Shown here piece by piece: positions 15,651 through 26,386 of a DNA stretch of 64,000 bases. Where the stretch lies: NCBI GenBank assembly GCA_963758295.1, contig CAVWUU010000001.1, positions 480,001 through 544,000 of the forward strand, written 5' to 3'. The translations under genes were made by a program, and so were the position numbers. The DNA is from Candidatus Eremiobacteria bacterium. Its GTDB lineage: Bacteria > Vulcanimicrobiota > Vulcanimicrobiia > Vulcanimicrobiales > Vulcanimicrobiaceae. Under the pieces are notes generated by a model. It saw only the letters and a list, made by a program, of their open reading frames with translations, had not been told where the DNA came from and made no database searches. How positions within the stretch are numbered: position 1 is the first letter of the stretch; every line of letters begins with the position of its first letter.

Positions 15651-18600
15651 TTAGTGTCCGAGCGCTTTTAGTTGGGCTAGCGTTCGGGCGAGCATTGTGT
15701 TGAGCTTCGCGAATCCGGCCCGCATGTCGGCGGTGGGCGGAGCATCGGAGCTTTCCACTGCACCCTCAAGATTTCCGTAAGCATCCGAAAGGTATCGAAG
15801 GCTGTAGAAGTCTTGCGCCGGGGCGCCGACCGAATCATCCGGGTTACTCGGGTGTGTTGCTCCGAGGAGTTCGTCGCGCTGCGCCGGCGTAAGCTTCATC
15901 GAACCTGCACGCGCTTGCGCGGCTTCGATTTGGGTTTGCTTCAGCTCGATGTCGTTGGCGAGGTTGTACTGTGCTTCATACTGCGCTTGCGTCGTCGCTA
16001 GGCGGGGATCGGGAACGATCTCGATCGGTTGCGTGTACGACTTGCCATTCACGCGCATGCGAACGGTGTAGCGTCCAGGCGGAACGACGGGGCCGCCTCG
16101 ATTTTTCGCGGAGAAGTCCCACACGAAGCGATGCGCTCCCGGGTCGGCCGACGGCACGCGCGTTTGCGACAACCACCACGGCGCAATATCGACCGTTTGC
16201 GGGTTGCGCGTCCGCGGCTTGTCCGCGCTCGAAAACGTGCGCACGACATGCCCTTGGGCGTCGCTAATCTCCAGCACAACGGGCGTGGACGCGGCGCCGT
16301 TCAGTTGATAATCGAGGATCACACCGTTTGGCGGATTCTGGCCGCGCGGCTCTTCGAGTTGGATCGGCGTGCCTTCATCGAAGACGCCTTCGCCGAAACC
16401 GCCGACCCGACGGAAACGAATGGCGACTTGCGGCGCAAAGAGGAACGTGCCGGATGCCTCCGCTTTCGTCATCTGGCGGAGCGGCGTGATGTCGTCCATG
16501 ATCCAGAACGCGCGGCCGTGCGTGGCGAACGACGAGATCGTCGCCGTGCACGTCGATGTCGCGGATCGAGGTCATCGGCAGATTGCGCTGCAGCGATTGC
16601 CAGTGGTCGCCGTCGTCGAACGACACGTACATTCCGCGCTCCGTGCCCGCGTATAACAATCCGCGAAGTTTAGGATCCTCGCGAACGACGTTGACGAACG
16701 CGCCGTGCGGGATGCCGTTCGCAATCGCCGTCCACGATTTGCCGCCGTCAGTGCGTGCGATAGATGTACGGCGTGTAATCGTCCAGGCGATGGCGGTCGA
16801 TCGCCAGATACGCGCGTGTTACGATCGAAGTGCGAGGCCTCGATGATGCCGACTTTGCACCACGGGCGTCAGTCGCGCGGCGTGACGTTGTTCCAATGCG
16901 CGCCGCCGTCGTTCGTGACCCAGACCTTGCCGTCGTCGGTTCCGGCCCAGAGCAGATTCGCGTCGAAAGCGGCGAGGGCGCGATGGCGTAGACGACGCCG
17001 CGGCGCGGCAGCGCCGCCGCTGTCCGCGACGGTCGGCGCGTCGAGGTTCGGCGGATGATTCGCCTCGGTCGCCGGCGCGTCAGATCGGGACTGATCGATG
17101 CGCCAGTGTTGCCGCCGTCGCGGTACGGAAGATCTGCTGACGGCTCGAAGTAAAGCGCATGCTTATCGACCGGCGAAACGCGAGCGGCAGCGTCCAGGTA
17201 TGCCGCCAGAGCTGATCCGGATACGTCGAGCGTCGGATCGATGACTTGCTCTTGTCCGATGTCGAGATCTTCGGACGTTGTCGGTATCCGAGCCGCCGAA
17301 GACGATCGTCCGGATCTTAACGGGTCGGGCAGCGATGCTTCCGTTTTCACCGCCGACGTCGATCGGCGCGGAAATCTTGCGTCGGTAATGCTGGTCGTGT
17401 GAACGTTTGGCTCGGAACCGCCATCGCGCCGGAGTCTTGCTGCGCGCCGTAGACCCAATACGGAAAGCGGTTGTCGGTTGCTACATGATAGAACTGCGCC
17501 GTCGGCTGGTTGTACCAGGAACTCCACGTCTTGCGCGCCGTCGACGTGACAACTCGACGCCTTGATCGCTGCCCAGGATCATGCGATCGGAGTCGTCGGG
17601 ATCGATCCACAGCGTGTGATAGTCGTCGCCGCCCGGCGCGCCTTTGATTGCGTTGAACGTTTTGCCGCCGTCGTCCGAGCGATACGTCGCCGTGTCCATC
17701 ACGTAGACGACATCGGGATTTTTCGGATCGGCGGTGATGCCGCCGAAGTACCAGCCGCGCTGCCAGATGCGAACTTGATCTTTGCCGCCGGACATATGCG
17801 TCCACGTGGCGCCGCGCGTCATCGGAGCGATAGACGCCGCCGTGCGCGACGTCGCGTCCCGTATCGACCATGCGCGTAAACGCGCGACGGGTTCGAGCGG
17901 CGAGATGGTGACGCCGATGTGGCCGACGTCTTGCGGCAAGCCCGTTCGTCAGTTGCGTCCACGTTTTGCCGGCGTCCGTCGACTTGTACAAGCCCGCTGC
18001 CCGGCCCGTTGGAGGGCGGATAGACGTTCCACGGCGGACGGCGCGTTTGCCAGAGCGATGCGTAAATCGTGTCCGGGTCGCGCGGGTCCATCGCGAGGTC
18101 GATGGCGCCGGTATCGTCGTTCTTGAACAGCACTTTCGTCCACGTCGTGCCGCCGTCGGTCGACTTGAAGACGCCGCGTTCGGCGTTGGGACCGTATTGA
18201 TGACCGAGCGCGGCGACGTAGACGACGTTTGCGTCGCGCGGATCGACGAGCGATTTCCCGATTTGCCGCGTGTCGTCGAGCCCGATGTGCGCCCACGTCT
18301 TGCCGCCGTCGATGGACTTGTACATGCCGTCGCCGTACGCGATGTCGGAGCGCATGTCGGCTTCGCCGGTGCCGACGTAGATCGTCTTCGGCGTTGCTCG
18401 GCGCGACGGCGATCGCGCCGATCGAAGCATCCGGCTTGGTCGAAAATCGGATTCCAGGTGCGCCCCGCGTTAGTGCTCTCCCACACGCCGCCGTCGACCG
18501 AGCCGAAATAGAAATGCTCCGGCTGGCCCGGAACGCCGGTCACCGCCAGCGCGCGGCCGCCGCGAAACGGTCCGATGAGGCGCCACGAGAGCGAATTCAA

Positions 18601-18708
18601 TGAAGAGGCATCAACATGCGCCAAGCCCGCGCTTTGCGCCGCCGCCGGCATACCGGCGACCGGCGCTAAAAATAGTACTGCAAGCGCACCACACAATAAA
18701 CGTCGCAT
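15651..18708 (-). CDS. Secreted BNR/VPS10-type beta-propeller glycosyl hydrolase-like protein (frameshifted)
   Basis: Signal peptide, WRLIGPFRGGR, multiple Asp-box SxDGGxTW repeats, GGDDYHTLWIDP, WVYGAQQDSG. Confidence 0.85.
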
Positions 18709-19088
18709 TGTCTGGTGCTACTCGCTTTTGTTTTATTAGGCCTCTACTGCCAGGGCTCACTCGTCGAAACGCAGGCCGTCACTGCTCCTCGCCTTTGCCG
18801 CCCAAAACTTGCAGGCTTCGCCGATCGCGCGATTTTCGATGGGAACTAAATACGCAGCTCCTTTCGATCGTCAATGGACAACTTATGACCGTCAAACGAG
18901 ACGGAGGAGCGCTTGCGAACCAGATCGACCCATTGGACGAGGAGCGCCGCATCAACAATCGCCATTACATAACGAAACGCACAAGATCGTGAACGCAAGG
19001 TTCCACCAGCGTGGCGTCGCCGGAAAGTTGGTAGAATAGCTTTAACGTCCGCGACAAAAGCAATTTCGCGCGGTTCGTTTGCGCTAGT

Positions 19089-20111
19089 CTACCAGCCGCC
19101 GCCGGAATCTCCGCCGCCGCCACCGCCGAAGCCTCCGCCGGAATCACCGCCGCCGAAACCTCCGCCGCTCCAGTCGCCCGAACTCGAGCTGCCCATGTCG
19201 GCTTGACCCGCGTCGTTGCCCCAACCGGAAGCATCGCCGCCACCCCAGCCGCCGCCCTGGTCGCCTTGAACGACGTTGCCGGAGCCGGGATCTACGATAT
19301 TCGCGCCGCCGCGGTTACCGAAGAGTTCGTTACCGAGGAACGCACCGCCGAGACCGCCGAGCAGGCCGCTCCAGAATCCGCCGCCACCGCCGCCGTAATA
19401 GCCGGGGCCGTAGCCGCCCGGTCCACCGTAGCCCGGACCGCTCATTGGCGCTCCGCCCGGTCCCGCACCGGGGCCGCCATAGTAGCGCGGACCCGAAGCT
19501 GCGCGCATGATCGAACGAAGGATCATGAATCCACCAATGATGATGATGATCCACCAGAACATCGAAATATGTACTCCTGAATTTTGTCGCACGTAACCGC
19601 GCGATGCCGTGGCCGGATAGTTATACGCGCGGTTTCCCGAATTTGCATCGGGCGCGCTGCTCAAGTGCGCGCGAAAGATGTCGAGCACGCCGTTGACAGC
19701 GGTCGTGATGCCGCCGTCGTAATCGCCGTCACGGAATTGCGATTCCATCGATTGGCGAATCGACGTCGTCGTCGCGGCGGGAAAAAATGCCGCCGTCGCA
19801 CCGCCCGGAACGATGATGTCTTTGCGGTCGTCCTTCGCAATGTAGATCAGAACGCCGTTGACTTGTTGTTGCGAAAAGGCTTTTTGCGCTGCGCTCTGCA
19901 GCGTATCGCCGCCGAGTGACGCAACGGTAACAACAACGACTTGTTTGCCGGTTTGCGCGTTGAAGTTTGCGATGGTGTTGTTCAGCTGCGCGACCGTGCC
20001 GGGCGAAAACATCGCGGCGCCGTCCTGAACGAACGACGTAGCCGCGGTGGCCGGCAGGGCCCCGAGCAGCATCCCGATGGCGAGCGCAAGACCTGCGCTA
20101 AGGCGTTTCAT
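19089..20111 (-). CDS. TPM domain membrane protein with Gly-rich C-terminal tail
   Basis: Signal peptide, VQDGAAMFS..QVVVVTV..NGVLIYIAKDDRK..FRDGDYDGG, one TM, GGGFGGG tail. Confidence 0.88.
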   Translation of the reverse strand: MKRLSAGLALAIGMLLGALPATAATSFVQDGAAMFSPGTVAQLNNTIANFNAQTGKQVVVVTVASLGGDTLQSAAQKAFSQQQVNGVLIYIAKDDRKDIIVPGGATAAFFPAATTTSIRQSMESQFRDGDYDGGITTAVNGVLDIFRAHLSSAPDANSGNRAYNYPATASRGYVRQNSGVHISMFWWIIIIIGGFMILRSIMRAASGPRYYGGPGAGPGGAPMSGPGYGGPGGYGPGYYGGGGGGFWSGLLGGLGGAFLGNELFGNRGGANIVDPGSGNVVQGDQGGGWGGGDASGWGNDAGQADMGSSSSGDWSGGGFGGGDSGGGFGGGGGGDSGGGW

Positions 20112-20169
20112 AGTTGGATGTTGTTCCTCCGAAAGCTACTATCGCGGGACGGGAGCCGTGTTTCAGGAG

Positions 20170-20355
20170 CTAGCGGTTGCCCAGGCCGCCGATAAGCACG
20201 ACGCCGCCTGCCACGCTGAACACGAAGATGGCAAGAAAAATCCACACGCCGATTTTCAACCAGATGCTGCGGCGGTCGCGCGTGCCGCCGGCTTCCCGTT
20301 CATGGGCTTCACGCGGTTTGCGGGGATCGCGAGTGTTGCGGTGACGGTTGCTCAC
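20170..20355 (-). CDS. Small single-pass membrane protein (~61 aa)
   Basis: GTG start overlaps the rsfS stop (GTGA); basic N-terminus, then IWLKIGVWIFLAIFVFSVAGGVVLI. Confidence 0.65.
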   Translation of the reverse strand: MSNRHRNTRDPRKPREAHEREAGGTRDRRSIWLKIGVWIFLAIFVFSVAGGVVLIGGLGNR

Positions 20356-20684
20356 GATTCCTGTGCTTGCCGGGCCTCGAGGGCGCTCCAGAGCCGCTCG
20401 AGATTGTAGAATTGCCGCTGGTCCGCCGTAAAGACGTGCACGATGACGTGCCCTAAATCGATCAGAATCCACGTTCCGTCGCTGTAGCCTTCCATGCGCG
20501 TAACGGTATGGCCCGATTCTTCGACCTTCTCGACGATAGCATCGGCAATCGCTCGAGTTTGAACTTTCGAGCGCCCGGTGACGAGCGCGAACGTATCGGC
20601 TAAAATCGTTCGTCCGCTAACGTCGATGGTAGTGAAATCTTCTCCCTTTTTGTCGAGCGCGGCGTCGCGCACGATCTCGATCAA
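20352..20684 (-). CDS. rsfS: Ribosome silencing factor RsfS
   Basis: ALDKKGED..DTFALVTG..WILIDLGHVIVHVF..RQFYNLERLW. Confidence 0.95.
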   Translation of the reverse strand: MIEIVRDAALDKKGEDFTTIDVSGRTILADTFALVTGRSKVQTRAIADAIVEKVEESGHTVTRMEGYSDGTWILIDLGHVIVHVFTADQRQFYNLERLWSALEARQAQES

Positions 20685-21271
20685 TTCAGCGATGTCTTAA
20701 CCTCCCCAAGGTCTACTCCGAAGTGCCGGGCAGCGGCCGCGGTTTGCGGCGCGACGGCCAGACCCTTCTTTCCAAAATACTCCAACGATTGCTGCAGCGT
20801 CACACGCATTCCGTCGGCAAGATTACGTTCGGCCGTCTGCCAAAGTTCGGCGCGCTCCGGAAACGTGCGGCCCGGTTCCAGGCCGTCGGCCAGGAAAAGC
20901 ACGCAATCAAGCGGCGACATGTGCTCCGCGGCCAGCGTATGCTTTTCGATCGCGGAGAGAATGTCGGGGTCGTGAACGGCAAAGCCCTCCTGCGCAATGC
21001 GCGCTCCGAGGCGGGCGTGAAGCACGATCGGGTTTTCTCGCTCGAACGGATCGATCTCCATCTGGCGCATTTCACATTCGGCGAGAAGACGGTCCGTGCT
21101 GTAGAGACGCGCAAGATCGTGAAGCATTCCGGCCAGGCGCGCTTTTGCGGCACTTACGCCGTGTTGCACGGCGAGCAACTCCGCCGAGCGCGCAACGCGA
21201 ACGACGTGGGCGTAACGATGCTGCTGCTCTAAATGGGCGCGAACGCGTTGCGCCAAATCGATGTACCGCAA
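20681..21271 (-). CDS. yqeK: YqeK-type HD-domain Ap4A hydrolase
   Basis: RYAHVVRVA, AGMLHDLAR, VLHARLGA, AIEKHT, FLADGLEPGR; start codon approximate. Confidence 0.88.
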   Translation of the reverse strand: MRYIDLAQRVRAHLEQQHRYAHVVRVARSAELLAVQHGVSAAKARLAGMLHDLARLYSTDRLLAECEMRQMEIDPFERENPIVLHARLGARIAQEGFAVHDPDILSAIEKHTLAAEHMSPLDCVLFLADGLEPGRTFPERAELWQTAERNLADGMRVTLQQSLEYFGKKGLAVAPQTAAAARHFGVDLGEVKTSLN

Positions 21272-21279
21272 AACCCCGC

Positions 21280-21819
21280 CTACGTGCCGAGGCGGGAACG
21301 CAGCGCGTGCAAACGCGTGCGATAGAGTTCGCCCTTGAGGTTCCCGGCCCACATCACCATCGCGTTTTCGTTGTTATCGCTGTAATAGCCCTTACGCGTC
21401 GTTACGGTAGTGAACCCGTACTTGCGATACAGCTGCTGCGCGACGACGTTGCTTTCTCGCACTTCCAGCGTCATCCAGGCCGCGCCGCGCTCGATGGCTT
21501 CGGCGATCAAATGCACGAGCATCAATTCGCCAAGCTTGCGTCCACGGAAGGCTTCATCAACCGCAATCGTGGTGACGTGCGAGTCTTCGAAGATGACCCA
21601 GATGCCGCCGTACGCGACAATTTTCGAACCGATGCGTCCAACGAAATAGTGCGCGAGTTTGTTCGTGTTGAGTTCGTTGTAGAACGCGTCCGACGGCCAT
21701 GTGGTAGAAAACGACGAACGCTCGATCCGGCACACTTCCGAAATATCGGCGACCGACATGGCTGCGATCTCCATGCGTTCGGAGTCGCCGGCTTCCGAAG
21801 CCGTTAGTTCGGCTTTCAT
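21280..21819 (-). CDS. rimI: Ribosomal protein S18 N-acetyltransferase RimI
   Basis: HVTTIAV..RGRKLG..TLEVRESN..AQQLYRKYGF..RKGYYSDNNENAMVM. Confidence 0.93.
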   Translation of the reverse strand: MKAELTASEAGDSERMEIAAMSVADISEVCRIERSSFSTTWPSDAFYNELNTNKLAHYFVGRIGSKIVAYGGIWVIFEDSHVTTIAVDEAFRGRKLGELMLVHLIAEAIERGAAWMTLEVRESNVVAQQLYRKYGFTTVTTRKGYYSDNNENAMVMWAGNLKGELYRTRLHALRSRLGT

Positions 21820-22487
21820 GATTGCCGCCGCAGCGTCCGAAGCTGCGGAACTTTGGCGGCCGGCAGTTCACCGTAATCGGCGCGCACTTCGTGAGAGCTC
21901 GCGGCGGCGCGAAACTCACCGCCCGCGAGGGCGGCAGCTGCGGCGGCTGGCGTTACGGCGGCGCTACGTCGCTCCACTACCCGGCCGCCTTCGGCAAGCG
22001 CGGCAAGTACGTCCTCCGGAGCGTTGACTGCAATCAATGCTTTTTCTTCCGCCGGCAGCACTTCGGCGAGGACCTCGTTAACCGGGCCGGACGCGCGACG
22101 GATGCCATCGCCGGACCGGTAACGCGCCGAGATAATTCCTGGACGGCCGACGACCACGGTAAACGCTTCCCGCAAATCGTCAATGCCGAATTCCAGCAGA
22201 TCGAAAGAGGAAATCGGAACCAGCGGGACGTTCCAAGCTTGCGCGAGCGACTTCGCGTAGGCGACCGTGATTCGCAGTCCCGTAAAGCCCCCGGGGCCGA
22301 TACCGACGGCGATGCGGTCCAGCTGCGAACCACGTAGTTGCGCCGACGCCAGGACCTCGGCGACCGCGGCGAGGCCTGCTTCAAGGGCGACGTTGCCGGC
22401 TTGCGCCCGCGCTGCGACGACGCTCCCATCGACCGCTACGGCCGCCGAGAATTCGCCAAGGGCGCCCTCGATGCCGAGCACCTTCAC
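21816..22487 (-). CDS. tsaB: tRNA t6A biosynthesis protein TsaB
   Basis: IAVGIGPGGFTGLRI motif; lies between tsaE and rimI with overlapping start/stop codons. Confidence 0.92.
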   Translation of the reverse strand: MKVLGIEGALGEFSAAVAVDGSVVAARAQAGNVALEAGLAAVAEVLASAQLRGSQLDRIAVGIGPGGFTGLRITVAYAKSLAQAWNVPLVPISSFDLLEFGIDDLREAFTVVVGRPGIISARYRSGDGIRRASGPVNEVLAEVLPAEEKALIAVNAPEDVLAALAEGGRVVERRSAAVTPAAAAAALAGGEFRAAASSHEVRADYGELPAAKVPQLRTLRRQS

Positions 22488-22924
22488 CGCGTGCGCTCGA
22501 TTGAAACGGCGCGCGGTGCATCGCCGGATCCCGCGATGGTGACCTCGTAGTGATCCGCGGGAAGCAATCCCGGGGCATGCGTCCACCACTCGATGAACAC
22601 AATCGAGCTGCCGTCGAAAACCTCGTCCAGCCCCAGTTCGTTCATCTCTCGCGGATCATCGATGCGGTACAGGTCGAGATGGTCGATCGGCGGCTCGCCC
22701 GGATAGCGGTGCCAGAACGCGAAGGTCGGGCTCGTAGTTTGATCGAGTGCGTGGCGCTCGGACACGGCGGCGCGGACGAATGTTGTTTTGCCTGCGCCAA
22801 GCTCGCCGGACAGCGCCACGACATCGCCCGCTTCAAGCGTGCGCGCAAACGTGGCGGCAAACGCTTGGAAGTCCGCTAGGCTGGAAAGAGTGCAAGCGCT
22901 CGGCGCGGCGAAGCTATCGGCCAT
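22484..22924 (-). CDS. tsaE: tRNA t6A ATPase TsaE
   Basis: LSGELGAGKTTF, TSPTF, HLDLYRI, FIEW. Confidence 0.95.
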   Translation of the reverse strand: MADSFAAPSACTLSSLADFQAFAATFARTLEAGDVVALSGELGAGKTTFVRAAVSERHALDQTTSPTFAFWHRYPGEPPIDHLDLYRIDDPREMNELGLDEVFDGSSIVFIEWWTHAPGLLPADHYEVTIAGSGDAPRAVSIERTR

Positions 22925-23285
22925 GTCGACCGCCGATTTCGGAGCGGAGCTGCACCAGTCCGTTCAACTTTATTTGGTAACTATCGCCGCGCTGGCTAGC
23001 GATGCTAAAACGCGAATCGCCGACGGCATTGCGGGCATCCGGCCGCCGCCCGCCGAGCCGCCCTTTGTCGCAGCGCCTGCCGAGCCGTCCGCAGCGCCGC
23101 GATACACGGTGTCGTTCGACGACGTCTACGAGCCGCCGGTCGCGATGGTAAACTTCGACGGAGATCCGGCGTTTGCGTCGGCCGGCACGCCGGGTCCCGA
23201 GTCGCAACCGGCTGTTTCCTTTGATGAGTTATTCTCCGGGGAAGTCGAGAGCGCCGGGATCCCCGTGTGGGAAGACCCGGGTTAA
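22923..23285 (+). CDS. Hypothetical acidic, Pro-rich protein
   Basis: GC3-rich codon usage from ATG 22923; helical N-terminus, Pro-rich linker, two VSFD[DE] motifs. Confidence 0.55.
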   Translation: MSTADFGAELHQSVQLYLVTIAALASDAKTRIADGIAGIRPPPAEPPFVAAPAEPSAAPRYTVSFDDVYEPPVAMVNFDGDPAFASAGTPGPESQPAVSFDELFSGEVESAGIPVWEDPG

Positions 23286-23400
23286 AGCGCGAATTATCTT
23301 CTAAACTCGTGGCTGAGCCGCCTTAGGTTCAGCACTCCATTCCTGCGAGCTAATTGCCACACGAACGTGGGCGATTGGCTTGCTGTTCGTAAGACAGTAG

Positions 23401-25911
23401 ATGCATAACGATATCATCCAACAGGTCAACGTCGAAGATGAAATGCGAGAGAGCTATCTCTCGTATGCTATGTCCGTCATTGCCTCGCGCGCTCTTCCGG
23501 ATGTGCGCGACGGCCTGAAGCCCGTGCAACGCCGCATCCTCTACGCGATGCGCGACATGGGGATGGAACCTTCGAAGCAGCACCGCAAGTGCGCCGGTAT
23601 CATCGGCGAAGTGCTCAAGAGCTATCACCCTCACGGCGACAGCTCGGTGTACGACGCGCTCGTGCGCATGGCGCAAGACTTCACACTGCGCTACCCGCTC
23701 ATCGACGGCCACGGCAACTTCGGCTCGATCGATCCCGATCCGCCGGCTGCCTATCGTTACACGGAAGCGCGTTTGGCGCGTCCGTCGCTCGACGTTCTCG
23801 CGGACATCGATAAAGAAACCGTTCCGTTCGTTCCGAACTTTGACAACCAGGGCATGGAACCGTCGGTGCTCCCGGGCAAGCTGCCGCAGTTGCTGCTAAA
23901 CGGTTCGAGCGGTATCGCGGTCGGCATGGCAACGAACATTCCGCCGCACAACTTGAGCGAAATCTCCGACGCCATCGTCGCGATCATCGACGATCCGAAC
24001 GTCGAGGACGACAAGCTGTGCGACATCGTCAAAGGCCCCGACTTCCCGACCGGTGGCACAATTCTCGGTCAAGAAGCGATTCGCGAAGCGTATAAGACAG
24101 GACGCGGTTCGATCACGATTCGTGGCAAGGCTGAAATTATCGAAGAAAAAGGCCGCCACAAGATCGTCATCACCGAGATTCCGTATCAAGTTTATAAGGG
24201 CCGCATCGTTGAGGCGATCGCGGAAGCCCACTCGGAAAAGCGCATCACCGGTATTGCGCGTCTTGACGACGAGTCGAACCGCAAGGGTATGAAAGTCGTC
24301 GTTGAGCTGCAAAAGAGCGCCACGCCGAAGGTCGTGCTAAATCAGCTCTTCAAGCACACGCCGCTGCAGTCGAGCTTCGGCTTCAACATGCTCGCGCTTG
24401 TGCCGGTGGGTGAACAGCGTGCTGACGGTTCGGTTGCACTCGAACCTCAAGTGCTCAGCCTCAAGCAGCTGCTCGAGCATTTCATCACGCACCGTAAGGA
24501 CGTCGTCACGCGGCGCACGCGCTACGATCTCCGCAAGGCCGAAGAACGCGCCCATTTGCTCGAAGGCTACCGTATTGCGCTCGACAACATCGATGAAGTC
24601 ATCGAGATCGTTCGCGGGAGCCAAACGACCGACGAAGCGAAGACCAAACTTTCGGCGCGCTTCGGGCTTTCGGACATTCAGTCGCAAGCGATCGTCGACA
24701 TGCGTCTGCGTACGCTCGTCGGCCTCGAACGGCAGAAGATCGAAGACGAGTATAACGAACTGATCAAGCTCATTGCGGAGCTTCAGGATATTTTGAACAG
24801 CCCGCTTCGCATCGCGCAAATCGTCAAAACGGAAACGCTCGACGTAAAGAAGCGTTTCGGCGACGAGCGTCGCACCGACGTGCAGCCGGCTGAAGACGAA
24901 ATTTCGATGGAACAGCTCGTTCCGAACGTCGACGTCGTCGTGACGTATACCGTCGGCGGCTACATCAAACGCGTGTCGATCGACACCTTCCGCACGCAAA
25001 ATCGCGGGGGACGCGGCGTAACCGGCATCTCGAATCTCAAGCGCGAAGACGTTGTACGTAACTTCTTCATCACGAAAACGCACGACCACGTCCTGTTTTT
25101 CACGAATAAGGGACGCGTCTATCGCCTGCGTGGCTACGAAATTCCGGATACCACGCGTCAGGCGCGCGGAACGGCACTCGTCAATCTGTTGACGCTGCCG
25201 CCGGGCGAATACGTTACGGCCGTCTTCCCGATCGACAAGTTCGAAGGCGAGAAGTACCTCGTGATGATTACCGAGAAGGGCGTCATCAAGAAGACGAAGC
25301 TCGAAGAATTTTCGAACGTTCGCCGCAACGGTCTCAACGCCATCAACTTAGACGAAGGCGACAATCTCCTCGGCGTCGATCTCTCGGACGGTTCGCGAGA
25401 CATCATTTTGGCGTCGCGCAACGGCATGGCGGTCCATTTCAACGAAAAAGACGTTCGCGGTATGGGCCGCAATGCTCGCGGCGTGAAAGCAATGACGCTT
25501 GAGGGCAACGACGGCATCATCGCGATGGACGTTATCGAAGACGCGCGCCGCGAAGTGCTCCTTGTCACCTCACAAGCGTTCGGTAAACGAACCCCGATCG
25601 ACGACTACCGCCACACGTCGCGCGGCGGCAAGGGTGTGAAGGCGTTCGCAAAGGAGCGCGAGGACATCGGCCAGGTCGTCGACCAGATCATGGTCAATGC
25701 CGACGACGAGCTCCTGATGATCACCAGCGGCAACCAAGTGATCCGCCTCAAGGTTTCCGACATCCGCAAGGCCGGACGCTCCACTAAGGGCGTACGCCTG
25801 CAGCGGCTCGGCGAGGGCGACGAAGTGATCGCCATCACGAACCTCGGGAAGCAAGCGAAGCAGATCACCGACATTACGGGCGAGCCGGTCGAAGGGCCCT
25901 CCGCAACCTAG
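23401..25911 (+). CDS. gyrA: DNA gyrase subunit A
   Basis: [32 protein letters not shown], GyrA-box QNRGGRG, beta-pinwheel repeats. Confidence 0.98.
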   Translation: MHNDIIQQVNVEDEMRESYLSYAMSVIASRALPDVRDGLKPVQRRILYAMRDMGMEPSKQHRKCAGIIGEVLKSYHPHGDSSVYDALVRMAQDFTLRYPLIDGHGNFGSIDPDPPAAYRYTEARLARPSLDVLADIDKETVPFVPNFDNQGMEPSVLPGKLPQLLLNGSSGIAVGMATNIPPHNLSEISDAIVAIIDDPNVEDDKLCDIVKGPDFPTGGTILGQEAIREAYKTGRGSITIRGKAEIIEEKGRHKIVITEIPYQVYKGRIVEAIAEAHSEKRITGIARLDDESNRKGMKVVVELQKSATPKVVLNQLFKHTPLQSSFGFNMLALVPVGEQRADGSVALEPQVLSLKQLLEHFITHRKDVVTRRTRYDLRKAEERAHLLEGYRIALDNIDEVIEIVRGSQTTDEAKTKLSARFGLSDIQSQAIVDMRLRTLVGLERQKIEDEYNELIKLIAELQDILNSPLRIAQIVKTETLDVKKRFGDERRTDVQPAEDEISMEQLVPNVDVVVTYTVGGYIKRVSIDTFRTQNRGGRGVTGISNLKREDVVRNFFITKTHDHVLFFTNKGRVYRLRGYEIPDTTRQARGTALVNLLTLPPGEYVTAVFPIDKFEGEKYLVMITEKGVIKKTKLEEFSNVRRNGLNAINLDEGDNLLGVDLSDGSRDIILASRNGMAVHFNEKDVRGMGRNARGVKAMTLEGNDGIIAMDVIEDARREVLLVTSQAFGKRTPIDDYRHTSRGGKGVKAFAKEREDIGQVVDQIMVNADDELLMITSGNQVIRLKVSDIRKAGRSTKGVRLQRLGEGDEVIAITNLGKQAKQITDITGEPVEGPSAT

Positions 25912-25958
25912 GCGCGTACCGTAGTGGTCAAAGCATTCGGAGGATATGAAGTAGTTTC

Positions 25959-26285
25959 ATGAGCGCATTGCCAGACGTAACACAAACCAATTTCCAGAAC
26001 GAAGTTCTGCAGAACGGTCAGCCCGTTCTCGTAGACTTCTGGGCACCGTGGTGCGGCCCGTGCCGGATGCTGTCGCCGGTCGTAGAGAAAGTTGCGGCCG
26101 CGAACACGGGCAAAGCGAAGTTCGTGAAACTCAACACGGACGAGAACCCGAATATTGCGGGTCAGTATCAGGTCTCCGGCATTCCGTGTCTGATCCTGTT
26201 CAAGGACGGTCAGCCCGTCGATCGCATCGTGGGCTACGTTCCCGAGAACGTCATCACGTCGATGCTCAGCAAGCACGTCGCCTAG
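25959..26285 (+). CDS. trxA: Thioredoxin
   Basis: VDFWAPWCGPC; 108 aa. Confidence 0.96.
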   Translation: MSALPDVTQTNFQNEVLQNGQPVLVDFWAPWCGPCRMLSPVVEKVAAANTGKAKFVKLNTDENPNIAGQYQVSGIPCLILFKDGQPVDRIVGYVPENVITSMLSKHVA

Positions 26286-26330
26286 AAGCGCCCGATTTCC
26301 GCCATGTCGTCGTTGCCGGGCGCTTTATTT
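26286..26330 (+). terminator. Possible terminator hairpin between trxA and selA
   Basis: AAGCGCCCG...CGGGCGCTT inverted repeat followed by TATTT; loop is long (22 nt). Confidence 0.4.
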
Positions 26331-26386
26331 CCCCAAGGAAACCGCAGCGCCCGGCGCCTAGACCTGACGAAAATCGAGCACTTCTA

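Noticed and set aside
19089..19500. GGC-rich tandem repeats
   Set aside because: Explained by the Gly-rich tail typical of TPM-domain proteins
23620..23670. Quinolone-resistance substitutions in GyrA
   Set aside because: HGDSSVYD retains Ser and Asp at the positions equivalent to E. coli 83 and 87
26048..26386. N-terminal extension of SelA overlapping trxA
   Set aside because: Out-of-frame shadow of trxA; SelA-like sequence begins near GTG 26387
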